From Barthelona sp. PCE (lineage: Eukaryota), in NCBI GenBank assembly GCA_040285745.1, contig JAUFOR010000002.1:1116001-1180000 (forward strand): a stretch of DNA of 64,000 nt. Direction: 5' to 3'. The position numbers and the translations under genes are program-made. The notes beneath the pieces are model-generated. The model made no database searches, had not been told where the DNA came from, and saw only the letters and a program-made list of their open reading frames with translations. How positions within the stretch are numbered: position 1 is the stretch's first letter; the number at the start of each line of letters is the position of its first letter. Positions 10,190 to 21,546 of the stretch are shown here, piece after piece.

Positions 10190-11406
10190 AGCTTGTCACT
10201 CAGTAAAGATTGAACTTGATTTCCTAAAGAATGAGTATTGTCTACACTAATCAAGTACTCAACCAGATTTATCAAACAATCAATAAGTTGCTGATAATCC
10301 TCGTTATCTGGTTCGCTGAAGTGTCTGGGTAGCTTGAGGTTAAGAATCTTAAGATACTTCAGGAACTCGAAATTAAGAAAATGATTGATTTTGAGCGAGG
10401 AATCATATAAAATCTTGAAACCTATAATTCGGAGTTTCAACCCCAAACATGCCATGTAACTCAGTATGACCTTGAACTCCACCGACCACTGCGCCTGCAA
10501 CGCCTTTATATCGCTGAAATTGGAAGTGTTCAATGAATCAAAAAATGGATCAGTCAGCAGCTCCTCTATAGTAATCCTGTCCTCGGCATTCAGGCTCAGC
10601 AGGCCCTTAAGCAATGGCTTGATCTCGTGCGGTACCTGACTATAGTCAATAGGTTCTCTGATTTTCCGTTGCAGTAATGGAATCGTTCCAGCAACCACTG
10701 GATATGTTCCCACAATCATTTTATACATAATGACACCGAGAGACCAAAGGTCTGTCTTGTAAGTGTATTCTTGGCCCATTAACAACTCTGGTGACATGAA
10801 AAGAGGTGTACCAGCATATGTATTCATATTATTTTCAAATTCTCGAGCAAATCCAAAATCACCAATCATTACTAAAGGTTTAAACTCCTCAAATCTGTGC
10901 ATTAGCTTGGCGTATACCTTGGAATAATCAAGAATAGGTTCTTCTACGTTGGGGAACTGCAAAAAGATATTTGCAGCTTTGAAATCTCGATGAACAACTC
11001 CTTTCTCGTGGAGCTCGATGATTCCCTTGACAATCTCACCTGTGAAGTACCGAACTATCTCTATAGGGAGAGTATTGAACCCGTCTATCAACATTCGTAA
11101 TGTTCCACCGTTGCAGAGATATAAAACAATGAATAGGAAGCCGTCCCTCTCAAAATGATCGTAAAGCTGCACAATATTCGGGTGATCTGATACCTTACAA
11201 TGTATTTCTATCTCTTGCATGATGTTGATATTTGGTACCTGATTCATCCCCTCCAAATCGATCGCTTTGACCGCTACGAACTCGTTATTATACAGTCCTT
11301 TCCGAGATTTTGCTTTAAAAACATGGCTAAAAGCCCCTGTGCCCACAAGCTCGAGTATTTCAAAGTCAGAAAGGATGGTCGTGACTCTACGAAGCTGCTG
11401 GGTCAT
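10186..11406 (-). CDS. Ser/Thr protein kinase, ULK/Atg1/Fused-like
   Basis: GTGAFSHV, VAVK, HRDFKAAN, DFGFAR, GTPLFMSPE, DLWSLG. The ATG at 11406 (MTQQLRR) is preferred to the non-ATG start in the track. Confidence 0.85.
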   Translation of the reverse strand: MTQQLRRVTTILSDFEILELVGTGAFSHVFKAKSRKGLYNNEFVAVKAIDLEGMNQVPNINIMQEIEIHCKVSDHPNIVQLYDHFERDGFLFIVLYLCNGGTLRMLIDGFNTLPIEIVRYFTGEIVKGIIELHEKGVVHRDFKAANIFLQFPNVEEPILDYSKVYAKLMHRFEEFKPLVMIGDFGFAREFENNMNTYAGTPLFMSPELLMGQEYTYKTDLWSLGVIMYKMIVGTYPVVAGTIPLLQRKIREPIDYSQVPHEIKPLLKGLLSLNAEDRITIEELLTDPFFDSLNTSNFSDIKALQAQWSVEFKVILSYMACLGLKLRIIGFKILYDSSLKINHFLNFEFLKYLKILNLKLPRHFSEPDNEDYQQLIDCLINLVEYLISVDNTHSLGNQVQSLLSDKL

Positions 11407-11838
11407 TTCACCTGTGTGAAAGATTAATTGAAAGGGTGCAAAATGTAAAACGAACATTTTTATCAACAGACTGTTCACAACGACTTGTGCCAATTTAATA
11501 GGCTTTATATGAATTTTGACTCACACTAACTCCAATGCAATCTAAGTTTGCAATACACAAAAAAACCTGCAAATTTTGCAAGCTTCACTGAACCTATGCT
11601 CAATAATTCGACTGATTATTGACATAATACACTCACAAGAAGTTCATGAAACGATTTAAAAACACTCACAAAGGCAACAAAGTAGATTTTAAACTTATCC
11701 AAACAAATAACATTGTTAAACAAAAGCAAACCTCTTCAACGCGATTATAGATCAGTATATCCCTCAATACACTTACTTAAAGTTTCCCATTAAAACAAAT
11801 GCCCTGTTATTCGATTTCTTTCATTTTAACACGGCGCA

Positions 11839-14800
11839 ATGTCTAAGAACACTAGCGTCGAGGTCGTAGTCCGTGTCAGACCTTTATCGGACCGCGAAAA
11901 GAGGAATGGAAAGCTTATTTGTTCCATTGATGATCAAAAGAAGCGGTTAACTGTTACAGACACTCCTCAGGGCCAAAGACAGTATTCATTTGACTCAGTT
12001 CTGGGGCCTGAAACCACAAATAACGAAGCATACGAAAATGTTTGTGAGAACGTTGTCAAATCAGCTTTGAATGGTATTAATTCCACTATTTTTGCATACG
12101 GGCAGACGTCTTCGGGTAAGACATACACTATGTATGGTCCAGATGATGGAAGCATGACGGGTGTGATACCCCGCGCTGTTGACACAATTTTTTCACTTAT
12201 AGACAGCAAACCTATCAATTTCAAGTACAAAATCAAGTGTTTTTTCATCGAAATCTACAACGAGAAGATGATTGACTTGCTGAATCAACGCAATTCTCCA
12301 ATAATTCGTCAACATCTTGAACGTGGAGTATATGTTGAAAATGTTGAGCAGGTGCACTGTCGCAGTGTCAGTGATTGTATGAACGTCATCCAGCGCGGCC
12401 TCACCACTCGTACATCACATGCTACGAAAAGCAATGCGCGCAGTTCACGTTCGCATGCAATTTTCCAGATGCAAATTCAATGCAGAGAAACCGTCAGCGA
12501 CGGAGAAGAACAGTTCGAAGTCAATAGAACAAGTGTCCTGAATCTGGTTGATCTTGCTGGTTCGGAGCGTATTGCAAAAACAAAGAGTCAGGGACAGCGA
12601 AGAAAGGAGGGTGGTCACATTAACAGATCTCTACTGTTCTTGGGTAACGTCATCAGTGACCTTGCAAAGATGGAAGAGACGGGTCAGAACGTTCCCATCA
12701 CGTATAGAAATTCGAAACTTACTCGAATCTTGCAAAATTCTCTGGGTGGCAATGCACGCACCCTTGTTTTTTGTTGTGTCGCTGGTGCAAACCATCATAT
12801 GGAAGAGACATTGAGCACACTCATGTTTGCGTCAAAGGCGCGTAAGATCACAAACACTGTTGAGGTGAAGGAGCGAATCAGCGACCGTGATCTCGTCAAG
12901 AAGTACCGTTATGAAATATCGCAGTTGAAAGAGCGCGTCGCACAGCGTGAAAGCGAATTGGAAACAAACCAAGGTCGCCTTGACAGTATGCAATCACAGA
13001 ACGACGATTTGCTTGAGACGCTAAGCGAGCTCAAAGCGCGCGTTGAGCTTATCGAAGCCAGGAAGGAACGAGGTGCCCCAGTTGATGGATTCACTGAGAT
13101 AACCACGCCACTTATGGGACGTACTCCACACACACCTATCAGATCAGTGAGGACAAAGTCGCACGTTACACCCCTCTTAGTATCAGTTCGAAAGTCCGTA
13201 CGGAAGGCCACGCCCATATCTAAGCAGGAGCAAAGTGAGCTTGAGCACTACCTTGAAGAGCGCGAAGCCCACATCATTATGTTGGAAGAATCTCTTTCTG
13301 CAAGGGAACATGACATCGCCACACTTGAGGAGCGTATTATTCTAAGTAAGAAGTTAAACAGCACTGAGCTTGACCGCAAACAGGAGAATATTGATGATCT
13401 GCAGCAGCAGAACGATGAACTATCTGAGTATATATCACAGTTAACCAATGAAATTGGAGAGAAGTCCAACTTGATTGAGCACCTTGAAGAAAAGCTCGAT
13501 GAACAGGTAGAACATGTGCAGAACCTAACAAACGATGTTGGATTACTGGAGATCCAGAAGGATGAATTCCAAGAGGATGCTATCAATTATCAAAAGGAAC
13601 AGTCCCGCTTGGAGAGTATTATTAAGGAGAAAAACTCCGAATTGGATCAACAAGAAGCTTTTATTGAGGAAAGAAATCTACGTATTGAGGCTCTAGAGGC
13701 CGTGAAGACCAGTTCTACAAAGGGTATGCGTGTGCTACAGTCTCAGCTAGAGGATAGCAATAACCGCAATACCATGCTTGAGGGTGTAATCACCGAACTC
13801 AGTTCAACAGTGATGCAGTGGTGCGGTGACCTTCGCAAGGAGCAGAACGCAATCCGTGACACCGTACTTGACAACAACGACACTTACTCATCAATGCTCG
13901 ATGAGATTTCTGTGCGATATGGTGAACAAATAACTGCTGCGACTGAAGCTGAAGTTGACCACGAAAACGTTGTCTCTGAGTTATTATCTGAGATTGAAAG
14001 CGTTAAGGACAGTAGGGATGCGTACATGCAGGAGTGTGCTGCTTACAAAGTTGACATTTCCCGTACAAATACTGAGCTTTCTGAGCTTACTGAAAGTATG
14101 GAGCAACAATCGAAGACTATCACATCGCTGGAGTCTCTTGTTACTGATGGCGAAACATCAAATACAGCTCTTGAGAATCGTATCATAGATATGGAAAAGC
14201 ACCATATGAATTACATTGAAGGGTTACGCTCAGAACTGGAGTTTTGTCCAGAACTTGAGCTTGACCCCGCCGATGACATTGAAGGTCTGGAGGATCTTGT
14301 TAGCAACGCTGTTGAACAAGTGCGCGAGGAGCTAGAGGAGGCGTTAGATTTCAAAAAGTCCTTATCAATGGATTTGTCAACTCTGAATGAAAAGCATGAA
14401 GAGCTCAAAGGTGATCATACCGTTTATAAGAATGACAATGATAATTATAAGAAGGACAATGATAAGTTGGAAAAAATACTTAAGTCTACAAGAACTGAAC
14501 TGAAGGAACTGACCATTCAATTTGAGAGTCAACAGAACATGTTGCAAGGTGAGGCTTCAGAACTCCAGTCCGTCTACACACAATTACAACTAGACCATAA
14601 ATGCTTGCAAACTGGACACAAGAACTTACAGAAGGAGTACTCACGCTTGACTGAGGATGTTGAGAAACTAAATGTGGATCACACTAAACTCCTCACCGAC
14701 CTTTCTGGATTACAGTCTGAGCATGAACATGTGAAGGTACTTAATAGTGAGCTTAATCTGAAAGTACAAAATTTAACTTTGGAGATAAGTGAGAGTCAGC

Positions 14801-17760
14801 GGGAATGTTCTTTTGCTTATGAAAACATGGAACGTTACAAGTCGGAAAGCGAACATATGAAGGATATGTATGATTGTGTATTGAAGGAGAACAGTAAGAT
14901 GCTCAATGAATATGAATATGGTAGAGATTTGGAAAAGGATTATGAAGAAAGATTGGCAGAGAAAGATGATGATATGAAAGAGTTTAAGGAAACTACAGCT
15001 GTTGAAAGAAAACAAGCTGAGAAGCGAATTTCTGATCTGAAACAAGACATTATCAATGCGAAGGCCGAGCATGACATTCTAATTTCCAATATTGAAAAGG
15101 AGTTTAACGAGACAGTCTCTGCAATGGGTGAGGAACATAGAGCAAGAGTGGAGGAACTGCAGTCTACAGTTGCTTCAGTGCAAATTGTTAGGAAAGAACT
15201 TGAAGAATCTATAACCCAGCTCAACGAGGAGAAGGAAGATATCGAGTCCGACTTTGACCTTAAAACAATCGCTTTACGCGACTCAACCGAGAAATTAGGT
15301 CAGTTGCAGGATGAGATTGAATCTCTGAAGAGTGAAATTGATGAGCTCAAGTCTTCGCACCAAGAACAGTTAAACTCTATCAAATCATCACACAAATCTC
15401 AGTTGGAGAGCGCGTTGTCGAATTCTGATAACGAAACTCAGAAGCTGATTGAGACCATCAACACACAAAATAGTCAAGAAATCAAGCGCCTTAACAGCAA
15501 ACTTGAACAGCGTTCTCTTGATATAGAAGCTATAAAGGAACAACATATTTTTGCGCTTGCCGGTTTGGACGCTCAAAATGTCGAGTTGCAGCAAACAATA
15601 ACAGAGTCGAGCTTAGAACATCAAAGATTATCATATCAAATTGCTGAGCTTACTGACTTACAAGAGAGATCCTTGAGTAACTGTGAAAAATTACAAAATT
15701 TGTTGGAATCAAAGAGTGAAGAGAGCATAGTGCTTTCAAATGCTAATAGTGTTTTAGAAACAACCCTTGCTGATCAAACTGAGGTTATGGCCAAGTTGCG
15801 CATGGATTTACAGACGTTAACCGATAACCACAGCACTGTGTGCGATACTCTGCAGAAAGAGAGAGAAGAAATGGAAAGCGAGCGTTTATCAGTGGAATCT
15901 GAAATCACACGTCTCATTGAAGAGATTTCTACTTCGAAGAGCACCGAGGAGCAGCTTAAGAAGGAGCTAACGAGTAAGTGCGCTGATTTATCCGCTGTTA
16001 AATCTAAAAGTGACAAACTGGAGCAGAAAATCGAGGATATCACATTGCAATACAGCACGCTTGAGAAACAGCAACAAGACACTGAAGAGAAGCTCGTTGC
16101 TTCCAATGAGAAGGTTGAAAGTATGACTCAGAAACTCAAAAATTTCAAACAGCGCCTTCATGATGCTGAGTCTTCAAATACTATTCAGAACGACACTCAC
16201 AACAACATCGTAGCTGTTATGCAGGAAGATTTCGAGCGCCAGGCTGTTGTGATTGATGAAATGAAAACCGATTTAGAAAGCTGGAAAGAAAAATCAGAAA
16301 TGCAATCAGAAATGATGGATTCCTTAAAGGAAAAACTGGAGAATGTTCATGCTCAGAGCCGCCGTTCAAACTCGGAGTGTGATGTGCTCAAAGAAGCGGT
16401 TATTGAGAAGGAAAAAGAGCTGAAGGAGTTAACTATTCTGCAAGAAAGAACTCATGTTGAGAAAACTATGTTGGATACACAACTCCTTTCATTTATTAAA
16501 GAATGTGACGCTACCACTGCTGCGCTGAATGAGCAGCTGTCTGTTATGAAGAGTGAACTCACAGAGAAAGACGAAATTTTGAAAACCACAATCGATAACT
16601 CCGCACAGGAACTAATAGACGTAAAAGAAGAACTTACAGCTGCTAAAGACGAGATTAAGGAAGCAAAGAGGACATACAATGAACTTATGGGACGCTATCG
16701 AGATAGTGAAGAGACAGTTTCTGAAATGAGCGATGAGTTAAGTCGTCAACGAGTAACTGAACGCGGATTGGAAGCAAAGATAGAAGAGCAAAAGGAGAGC
16801 ATCTTATCGCTTGAAATCGTTGAGAATGAGCTCAGTGAAATTATTGATAGTCACAAGTCTCAGATGAAGCAGGTGAAGCAGATCATCGCTGAAAAAGACA
16901 CTCTGTTGGCAACACTCGCTGACGAAGGCGAGACCGGTAAGGCTCTGCACGAGCAGGCACAGCGCGGGTACGCACAGAAGCTGAAAGAAATTGAGGCCGT
17001 TGTAACACAATTGCGCCTTGGTAAAGAAGAATTAGAAAACAGATGTGTTCGATTGGAGACTGAACTTAACACCGTCCGTGTCCAAAACGAGGGTATCAAA
17101 CTCCAAATGGAAAATATCCAAGGGCAATCAGCTGAGGAGCAAAACAATCTCACTAAGCGCATAGACGATGCAGAGAAACAGAATTCAGTACTTACAGGCT
17201 TTATTAACAAGCTCGAGAAGGATGTGTCCACTGTAACACATGCAATGAACCATTATAAGTCAAAACTGAGCAAGATCAAGGTACTGAAAGGAAATATGGA
17301 TAAGGCTACTGAAATGTTATGCACCATCTCCATGGATATCATGAGGCAGAATAAGGCTCTTAGTGAACGATTTGGGTTGGAGTTCAATGCCGTCTCAATG
17401 CGTTCACTTCAGCAGCTCATTGATTGCTGTCTGAATTTGGTGGGATGCGATCCATCGGAGTCGAAGGTTGTCGATTCTATCAAGAACACACCCATTGTAT
17501 CGTCTCAGGTTAACAGAACGTTCTCTATCGAGAAGAAAAACGTCCAAGATGTCAGTAAGAAGTTGGTGCTTGATTCACCTAACAACGCCGGTCTACCTGG
17601 CAACAGGACGTCCTCACATGCGTCCGTGCAGTCATCGACAGAAATGAAAGCGAAGTTGCAGGCGTCAAACTCTGTATTGGAGACAGGGTTGACAAACAGC
17701 ATTCGTACTCAACCTAAAAAGAAGATCAGAGGATCTCTTCTGTCGCAGTTCACACTTTAA
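11839..17760 (+). CDS. Kinesin-7 (CENP-E-like) motor with very long coiled-coil tail, 1973 aa
   Basis: N-terminal motor (FAYGQTSSGKTYTM, SSRSHAIF, LNLVDLAGSER, RRKEGGHINRSL, LGGNART) followed by ~1400 aa of heptad-rich sequence. Confidence 0.88.
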   Translation: MSKNTSVEVVVRVRPLSDREKRNGKLICSIDDQKKRLTVTDTPQGQRQYSFDSVLGPETTNNEAYENVCENVVKSALNGINSTIFAYGQTSSGKTYTMYGPDDGSMTGVIPRAVDTIFSLIDSKPINFKYKIKCFFIEIYNEKMIDLLNQRNSPIIRQHLERGVYVENVEQVHCRSVSDCMNVIQRGLTTRTSHATKSNARSSRSHAIFQMQIQCRETVSDGEEQFEVNRTSVLNLVDLAGSERIAKTKSQGQRRKEGGHINRSLLFLGNVISDLAKMEETGQNVPITYRNSKLTRILQNSLGGNARTLVFCCVAGANHHMEETLSTLMFASKARKITNTVEVKERISDRDLVKKYRYEISQLKERVAQRESELETNQGRLDSMQSQNDDLLETLSELKARVELIEARKERGAPVDGFTEITTPLMGRTPHTPIRSVRTKSHVTPLLVSVRKSVRKATPISKQEQSELEHYLEEREAHIIMLEESLSAREHDIATLEERIILSKKLNSTELDRKQENIDDLQQQNDELSEYISQLTNEIGEKSNLIEHLEEKLDEQVEHVQNLTNDVGLLEIQKDEFQEDAINYQKEQSRLESIIKEKNSELDQQEAFIEERNLRIEALEAVKTSSTKGMRVLQSQLEDSNNRNTMLEGVITELSSTVMQWCGDLRKEQNAIRDTVLDNNDTYSSMLDEISVRYGEQITAATEAEVDHENVVSELLSEIESVKDSRDAYMQECAAYKVDISRTNTELSELTESMEQQSKTITSLESLVTDGETSNTALENRIIDMEKHHMNYIEGLRSELEFCPELELDPADDIEGLEDLVSNAVEQVREELEEALDFKKSLSMDLSTLNEKHEELKGDHTVYKNDNDNYKKDNDKLEKILKSTRTELKELTIQFESQQNMLQGEASELQSVYTQLQLDHKCLQTGHKNLQKEYSRLTEDVEKLNVDHTKLLTDLSGLQSEHEHVKVLNSELNLKVQNLTLEISESQRECSFAYENMERYKSESEHMKDMYDCVLKENSKMLNEYEYGRDLEKDYEERLAEKDDDMKEFKETTAVERKQAEKRISDLKQDIINAKAEHDILISNIEKEFNETVSAMGEEHRARVEELQSTVASVQIVRKELEESITQLNEEKEDIESDFDLKTIALRDSTEKLGQLQDEIESLKSEIDELKSSHQEQLNSIKSSHKSQLESALSNSDNETQKLIETINTQNSQEIKRLNSKLEQRSLDIEAIKEQHIFALAGLDAQNVELQQTITESSLEHQRLSYQIAELTDLQERSLSNCEKLQNLLESKSEESIVLSNANSVLETTLADQTEVMAKLRMDLQTLTDNHSTVCDTLQKEREEMESERLSVESEITRLIEEISTSKSTEEQLKKELTSKCADLSAVKSKSDKLEQKIEDITLQYSTLEKQQQDTEEKLVASNEKVESMTQKLKNFKQRLHDAESSNTIQNDTHNNIVAVMQEDFERQAVVIDEMKTDLESWKEKSEMQSEMMDSLKEKLENVHAQSRRSNSECDVLKEAVIEKEKELKELTILQERTHVEKTMLDTQLLSFIKECDATTAALNEQLSVMKSELTEKDEILKTTIDNSAQELIDVKEELTAAKDEIKEAKRTYNELMGRYRDSEETVSEMSDELSRQRVTERGLEAKIEEQKESILSLEIVENELSEIIDSHKSQMKQVKQIIAEKDTLLATLADEGETGKALHEQAQRGYAQKLKEIEAVVTQLRLGKEELENRCVRLETELNTVRVQNEGIKLQMENIQGQSAEEQNNLTKRIDDAEKQNSVLTGFINKLEKDVSTVTHAMNHYKSKLSKIKVLKGNMDKATEMLCTISMDIMRQNKALSERFGLEFNAVSMRSLQQLIDCCLNLVGCDPSESKVVDSIKNTPIVSSQVNRTFSIEKKNVQDVSKKLVLDSPNNAGLPGNRTSSHASVQSSTEMKAKLQASNSVLETGLTNSIRTQPKKKIRGSLLSQFTL

Positions 17761-17861
17761 TTATTCACATACATAACACAATAAACAAAATGATTTATTT
17801 TACAAAAGTTTTTTGTTTCACACTTTCGAACCTTTTCCATTATCTATTTGCGATAATTCTG

Positions 17862-19880
17862 ATGCCCAGGGCAACCGCTGACTCATATGTCATGTTTGGC
17901 ACCGATGAACTATTTATTGAACAGGATACCACAGATAGTTCCAAGCTTGTTATTGTGGAGAATAATGATTCTGAAATTCTCTCTCCAAGCTTCTCAAGGC
18001 AGATGGAGTGCAAAGCTAACAATAACTACTTCAAAAGGGTTCTGACAGACAACACACTTTATTACACGTTTAAGCGTGGGAATATAGTTAAGTTTATGAT
18101 GCTTATGGACGATGGGTGGGAGTATGGTGCCGAAATTTTCATTGATGTTGAGTATTTCAGTAAGGCTGCAGGATTTGACGGTGAGGAATGGAATTATTGC
18201 ACACTGGCTTGCGTCACACCGACTGTGTACATCATGTCCCACACCCGCATCTTCACGTACTACAGGCTGACACTCATCGATGTAGAAACAAAGGATATTT
18301 ATTCTTTTCAGAAGTATAATCATCAGATTTATCGGCAGCCCTTCAGCTCTTCGTGTTCGGGCACGTTGATTCTCAGAGATGAAAATACGATTGATTTCTA
18401 CATGCTAGACCTCAGTAATAGACTGATAACTGTTTCTGATGGACCCATAGTGGAAGAAAAATGTATTGAGCTCAGCGATTACTACACCCCAGAATACGGG
18501 GTCAGTACATCGCTGTTCCCATTCATAGGCATCGATTACATGTGCCTTATGTTACACAGAGAAAGCATCGTCTGCGGTTTGTTCTTTATTGGAAAGGGTG
18601 AAGTGTTGGACATTGCCAAACTTGTTGACATTGTGATTGGGTTGCAAATAGTAGATGCTGTGACAGCACAGACTGTCTGCTTCAGTAAGGAACGCATTCA
18701 CTTCGTGATACATTGTCTACTCGAATCCACTCATGTGATTAAGCATTGTGACGGGTGTGAATATCATGTAGTTAAGCACCATATACCACTGCATAAGTTC
18801 ATCCTGTCAAAGACGACGGAAAATGGTTGGCTATCGGACATGGATCATTCCTCGCAGTGGTCGGACATCATTACATATAGGGCGCGGAAGAAACCCCTCA
18901 TATTTATAATGGACGCGCGCAAATATATTTGTAGTATCCGTATAGAGTCATTTCAGTACTTTTTTAATGAAAAACTATTAGCTACTAGTAGAAATTGCAC
19001 CATTGCATTAGACTTTTCCAAAAAAATTGGGTACATCATACCTAATTATGGTGACCGCGTCTCATTACGCAATCATCACTGTTTTGTTGATGGTGGCATT
19101 TTAGGTTACAAAGAAAAGTATGGTTATTTTATTACAAAATTGCCAGATTTTTATGAAAGGCGGCTCAACACCACCACCAAGTCAGGGTACTATTTTCCAT
19201 CTGGCACATTTAACTCAAACAGATGCCTGTTTGTCACAGCTGATTTTTCAGAACTGCTTGGTTCTTCATTTTCTGTTTTTGCAGTGGAGGAGTACAACGT
19301 GCCATTCAGGTTCAATGAAACTTTCTTTCTTTCATACGTGGATAACGCATTAGCCTTTCATCATGCTCACGGTATATTGTACAAGTGCCTTTTAACTGAT
19401 ACTATTGTTACAAGCAGTTTTTCATGTCAGGATATTCATTTCATCCTTGTCAATCCATACGATGCAACTATTTTCGCCATCCAATCAGAATCGAAACTGT
19501 TTCTTTTTAAAGTGAATGTACTCAACAGGAAAATTTCAATAATAAGTGAAACAACATTGGGTCAATACAGGAAATGTTTTATGGCAGTGTGGTTTTCTCA
19601 CTCACATCTTTTACTACAAAGCTATGATTGCATACGAATCTTTAATAGTATATCCTGCTCATTTCGTATACTTAGACTGGAAGATGTGGCTAATCCAGAA
19701 CTGTATACGTATTACAACATTGGAGACTCCCTCATCACCGCATTTTCGTGTAGCGAGAACAAGCACTGTATTGAGAGGATTGAAATTCAGTTTAGCTTCG
19801 ATGGTTGCGATTTAGTATCTCATCAGACTATTCCTTTGATTGATTTCTTGTGCAATGCGATGGTGTATATCGAAAGGTAG
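17862..19880 (+). CDS. Hypothetical beta-rich protein, member B of the paralogue family
   Basis: Long ORF. The ATG at 17862 lies 24 nt after CCTTTTC (17831-17837); an upstream in-frame ATG also exists at 17790. C-terminal QTIPLIDFLCN. Confidence 0.75.
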   Translation: MPRATADSYVMFGTDELFIEQDTTDSSKLVIVENNDSEILSPSFSRQMECKANNNYFKRVLTDNTLYYTFKRGNIVKFMMLMDDGWEYGAEIFIDVEYFSKAAGFDGEEWNYCTLACVTPTVYIMSHTRIFTYYRLTLIDVETKDIYSFQKYNHQIYRQPFSSSCSGTLILRDENTIDFYMLDLSNRLITVSDGPIVEEKCIELSDYYTPEYGVSTSLFPFIGIDYMCLMLHRESIVCGLFFIGKGEVLDIAKLVDIVIGLQIVDAVTAQTVCFSKERIHFVIHCLLESTHVIKHCDGCEYHVVKHHIPLHKFILSKTTENGWLSDMDHSSQWSDIITYRARKKPLIFIMDARKYICSIRIESFQYFFNEKLLATSRNCTIALDFSKKIGYIIPNYGDRVSLRNHHCFVDGGILGYKEKYGYFITKLPDFYERRLNTTTKSGYYFPSGTFNSNRCLFVTADFSELLGSSFSVFAVEEYNVPFRFNETFFLSYVDNALAFHHAHGILYKCLLTDTIVTSSFSCQDIHFILVNPYDATIFAIQSESKLFLFKVNVLNRKISIISETTLGQYRKCFMAVWFSHSHLLLQSYDCIRIFNSISCSFRILRLEDVANPELYTYYNIGDSLITAFSCSENKHCIERIEIQFSFDGCDLVSHQTIPLIDFLCNAMVYIER

Positions 19881-20078
19881 ATGGCTAGAGCTATTGATAT
19901 TTGCATTTTGCCGGATTACAGTTTTACATTAGCAAAAACATTTTTTTCCAAAATAAATACTATGTGTGATGAGTTATAGTGTATATTATGCGTGAATTAC
20001 AAGGAAATTGACGGTAAAATCAAATTTCAGATGATATCAAATTTATCCCCTCTATAGCATCTATTTCGATCATTTAGT

Positions 20079-20747
20079 ATGCCTTTTTGGTATTTATTTG
20101 TCATAACAGCACTATTTTTGTGTGTTTCAAGGGCTGAGGATCTTGTTACTTGTGCAAGCGCTATCAAAATGCGTCATGAAACAACAAAGCACTTCTTACA
20201 TTCACACCAAGTGACATACGGCTCGGGCAGTGGGCAGCAAAGTGTTACTTGTTTCCCTGAACCGAACGATCACAATTCATACTGGATTGTGATGGCTCCT
20301 CATGGAAAACCTCAATGTGAGCGTGGCGAACCCATTATGTGTGGGTCTGTGATACGCCTTATGCATTTACAAACTAAAAAAATGCTTCACAGTCACGAAT
20401 ACCGTTCCCCACTTAGTCAACAACAGGAAGTATCCTGTTTTGGAGACAACGGAGAAGGAGACAGTGGCGACAACTGGCAGCTCATCTGCAAGAAAGGTAC
20501 GGAATGGTCCCAGAACAAGAGGTTCCGCCTTCGCCATGTCAACACAAAGAACTATCTCCATTCACATCAACACACATATTCTCATCCTATCTCAGGCCAA
20601 CTGGAGGTGACTGCTTTCAAGTTGGTTGATAAAAATGATAGAAACAATGACTGGACAGTGTCTCACGGTTCATTCTTCACTCTTGCCAGTGATTGGGATG
20701 AAGATTATGATGACGAGGACTACGATGATGAAACAAATGATCTGTAA
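20079..20747 (+). CDS. SDF2: SDF2/SDF2L1-like ER protein with three MIR domains
   Basis: Signal peptide; VTCASAIK, LHSHQVTYGSGSGQQSVT, LHSHEYRSPLSQQQEVSCFG, GDSGDNW, PISGQLEV; acidic tail ending in the ER-retrieval-like TNDL. Confidence 0.92.
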   Translation: MPFWYLFVITALFLCVSRAEDLVTCASAIKMRHETTKHFLHSHQVTYGSGSGQQSVTCFPEPNDHNSYWIVMAPHGKPQCERGEPIMCGSVIRLMHLQTKKMLHSHEYRSPLSQQQEVSCFGDNGEGDSGDNWQLICKKGTEWSQNKRFRLRHVNTKNYLHSHQHTYSHPISGQLEVTAFKLVDKNDRNNDWTVSHGSFFTLASDWDEDYDDEDYDDETNDL

Positions 20748-20750
20748 ATA

Positions 20751-21377
20751 CTAGTCGGCTTCAGAATTTTTGATACCAGTTCTCTTCCACATCTTCTTGT
20801 AAAGTGAAAGGAATCTCCAATTCGCTGCTTTACGGGCACCACTTGCTTCCTTGTACGCCCTGTCGTCTGGCGCGGTGAACTTAATCATCTCTGGCTGTTG
20901 CTGACGTGCAGGTTGCATTGCCATCATTGGTGCAGCTACAGGAACTACACTTGATTCACCTAGACCAATAGTCTGTGACCTTGCAGCTTTGAACTTCTGC
21001 ACCATACGGTTCGACCAATCCCTGAAAGTTTGCATTGCTGGATCGTTAATGTTCAGAAATGGGGCTTCCGTCTTAAACTGCAATGCCTGTTCCTGATAGT
21101 CATGGTACTCGGCAGATGTCTGGAAATGCTTGCGAGTAAGGCTTAGGGATTGCTGAAAACTGCTCTGTTTGGTAAATGAATCTTCACGTTCAGAACGTTC
21201 TTTCATACTAAGGAGTTCTCCTTTCGAGCAATTGGGACACTTTCGAAGGATGCGGTGACATCTCGAACAAACAGGGATCCCACATTCTTCGTTTGTGCAG
21301 AAATACACGTTACTCCCATTATAATTGAATAATGATACTGTTTCAACGCAACTTTCGTGCGGCCTGCGGAGAGACAT
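20751..21377 (-). CDS. MAT1/Tfb3-like CDK-activating kinase assembly factor (divergent RING)
   Basis: N-terminal Cys cluster (CGIPVCSRC...CPNC) followed by RKHFQTSAEYHDYQEQ, which resembles the MAT1 motif REEDFPSLREYNDFLEE. Confidence 0.55.
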   Translation of the reverse strand: MSLRRPHESCVETVSLFNYNGSNVYFCTNEECGIPVCSRCHRILRKCPNCSKGELLSMKERSEREDSFTKQSSFQQSLSLTRKHFQTSAEYHDYQEQALQFKTEAPFLNINDPAMQTFRDWSNRMVQKFKAARSQTIGLGESSVVPVAAPMMAMQPARQQQPEMIKFTAPDDRAYKEASGARKAANWRFLSLYKKMWKRTGIKNSEAD

Positions 21378-21546
21378 GCGTTGTACTGCTTAAAACAGGT
21401 TTTATCGTTAGAGAAGGTAAGAATAGAAAAACGAAACGATCAATGCCTTTTCTTCTTGTCAATACTTGGGATACATCGGATACAATACAAAGGTTCTATT
21501 TACAAAGGAGAGGAAAAACTTAGATTGCACCAAAATGCTGTGTGTA

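Noticed and set aside
11967-17702. Many short antisense ORFs within kinesin-7 (likewise within WDR90 and the dynein-like gene)
   Set aside because: Expected shadows of long coding sequences; Ser-rich mirrors of Glu/Lys codons.
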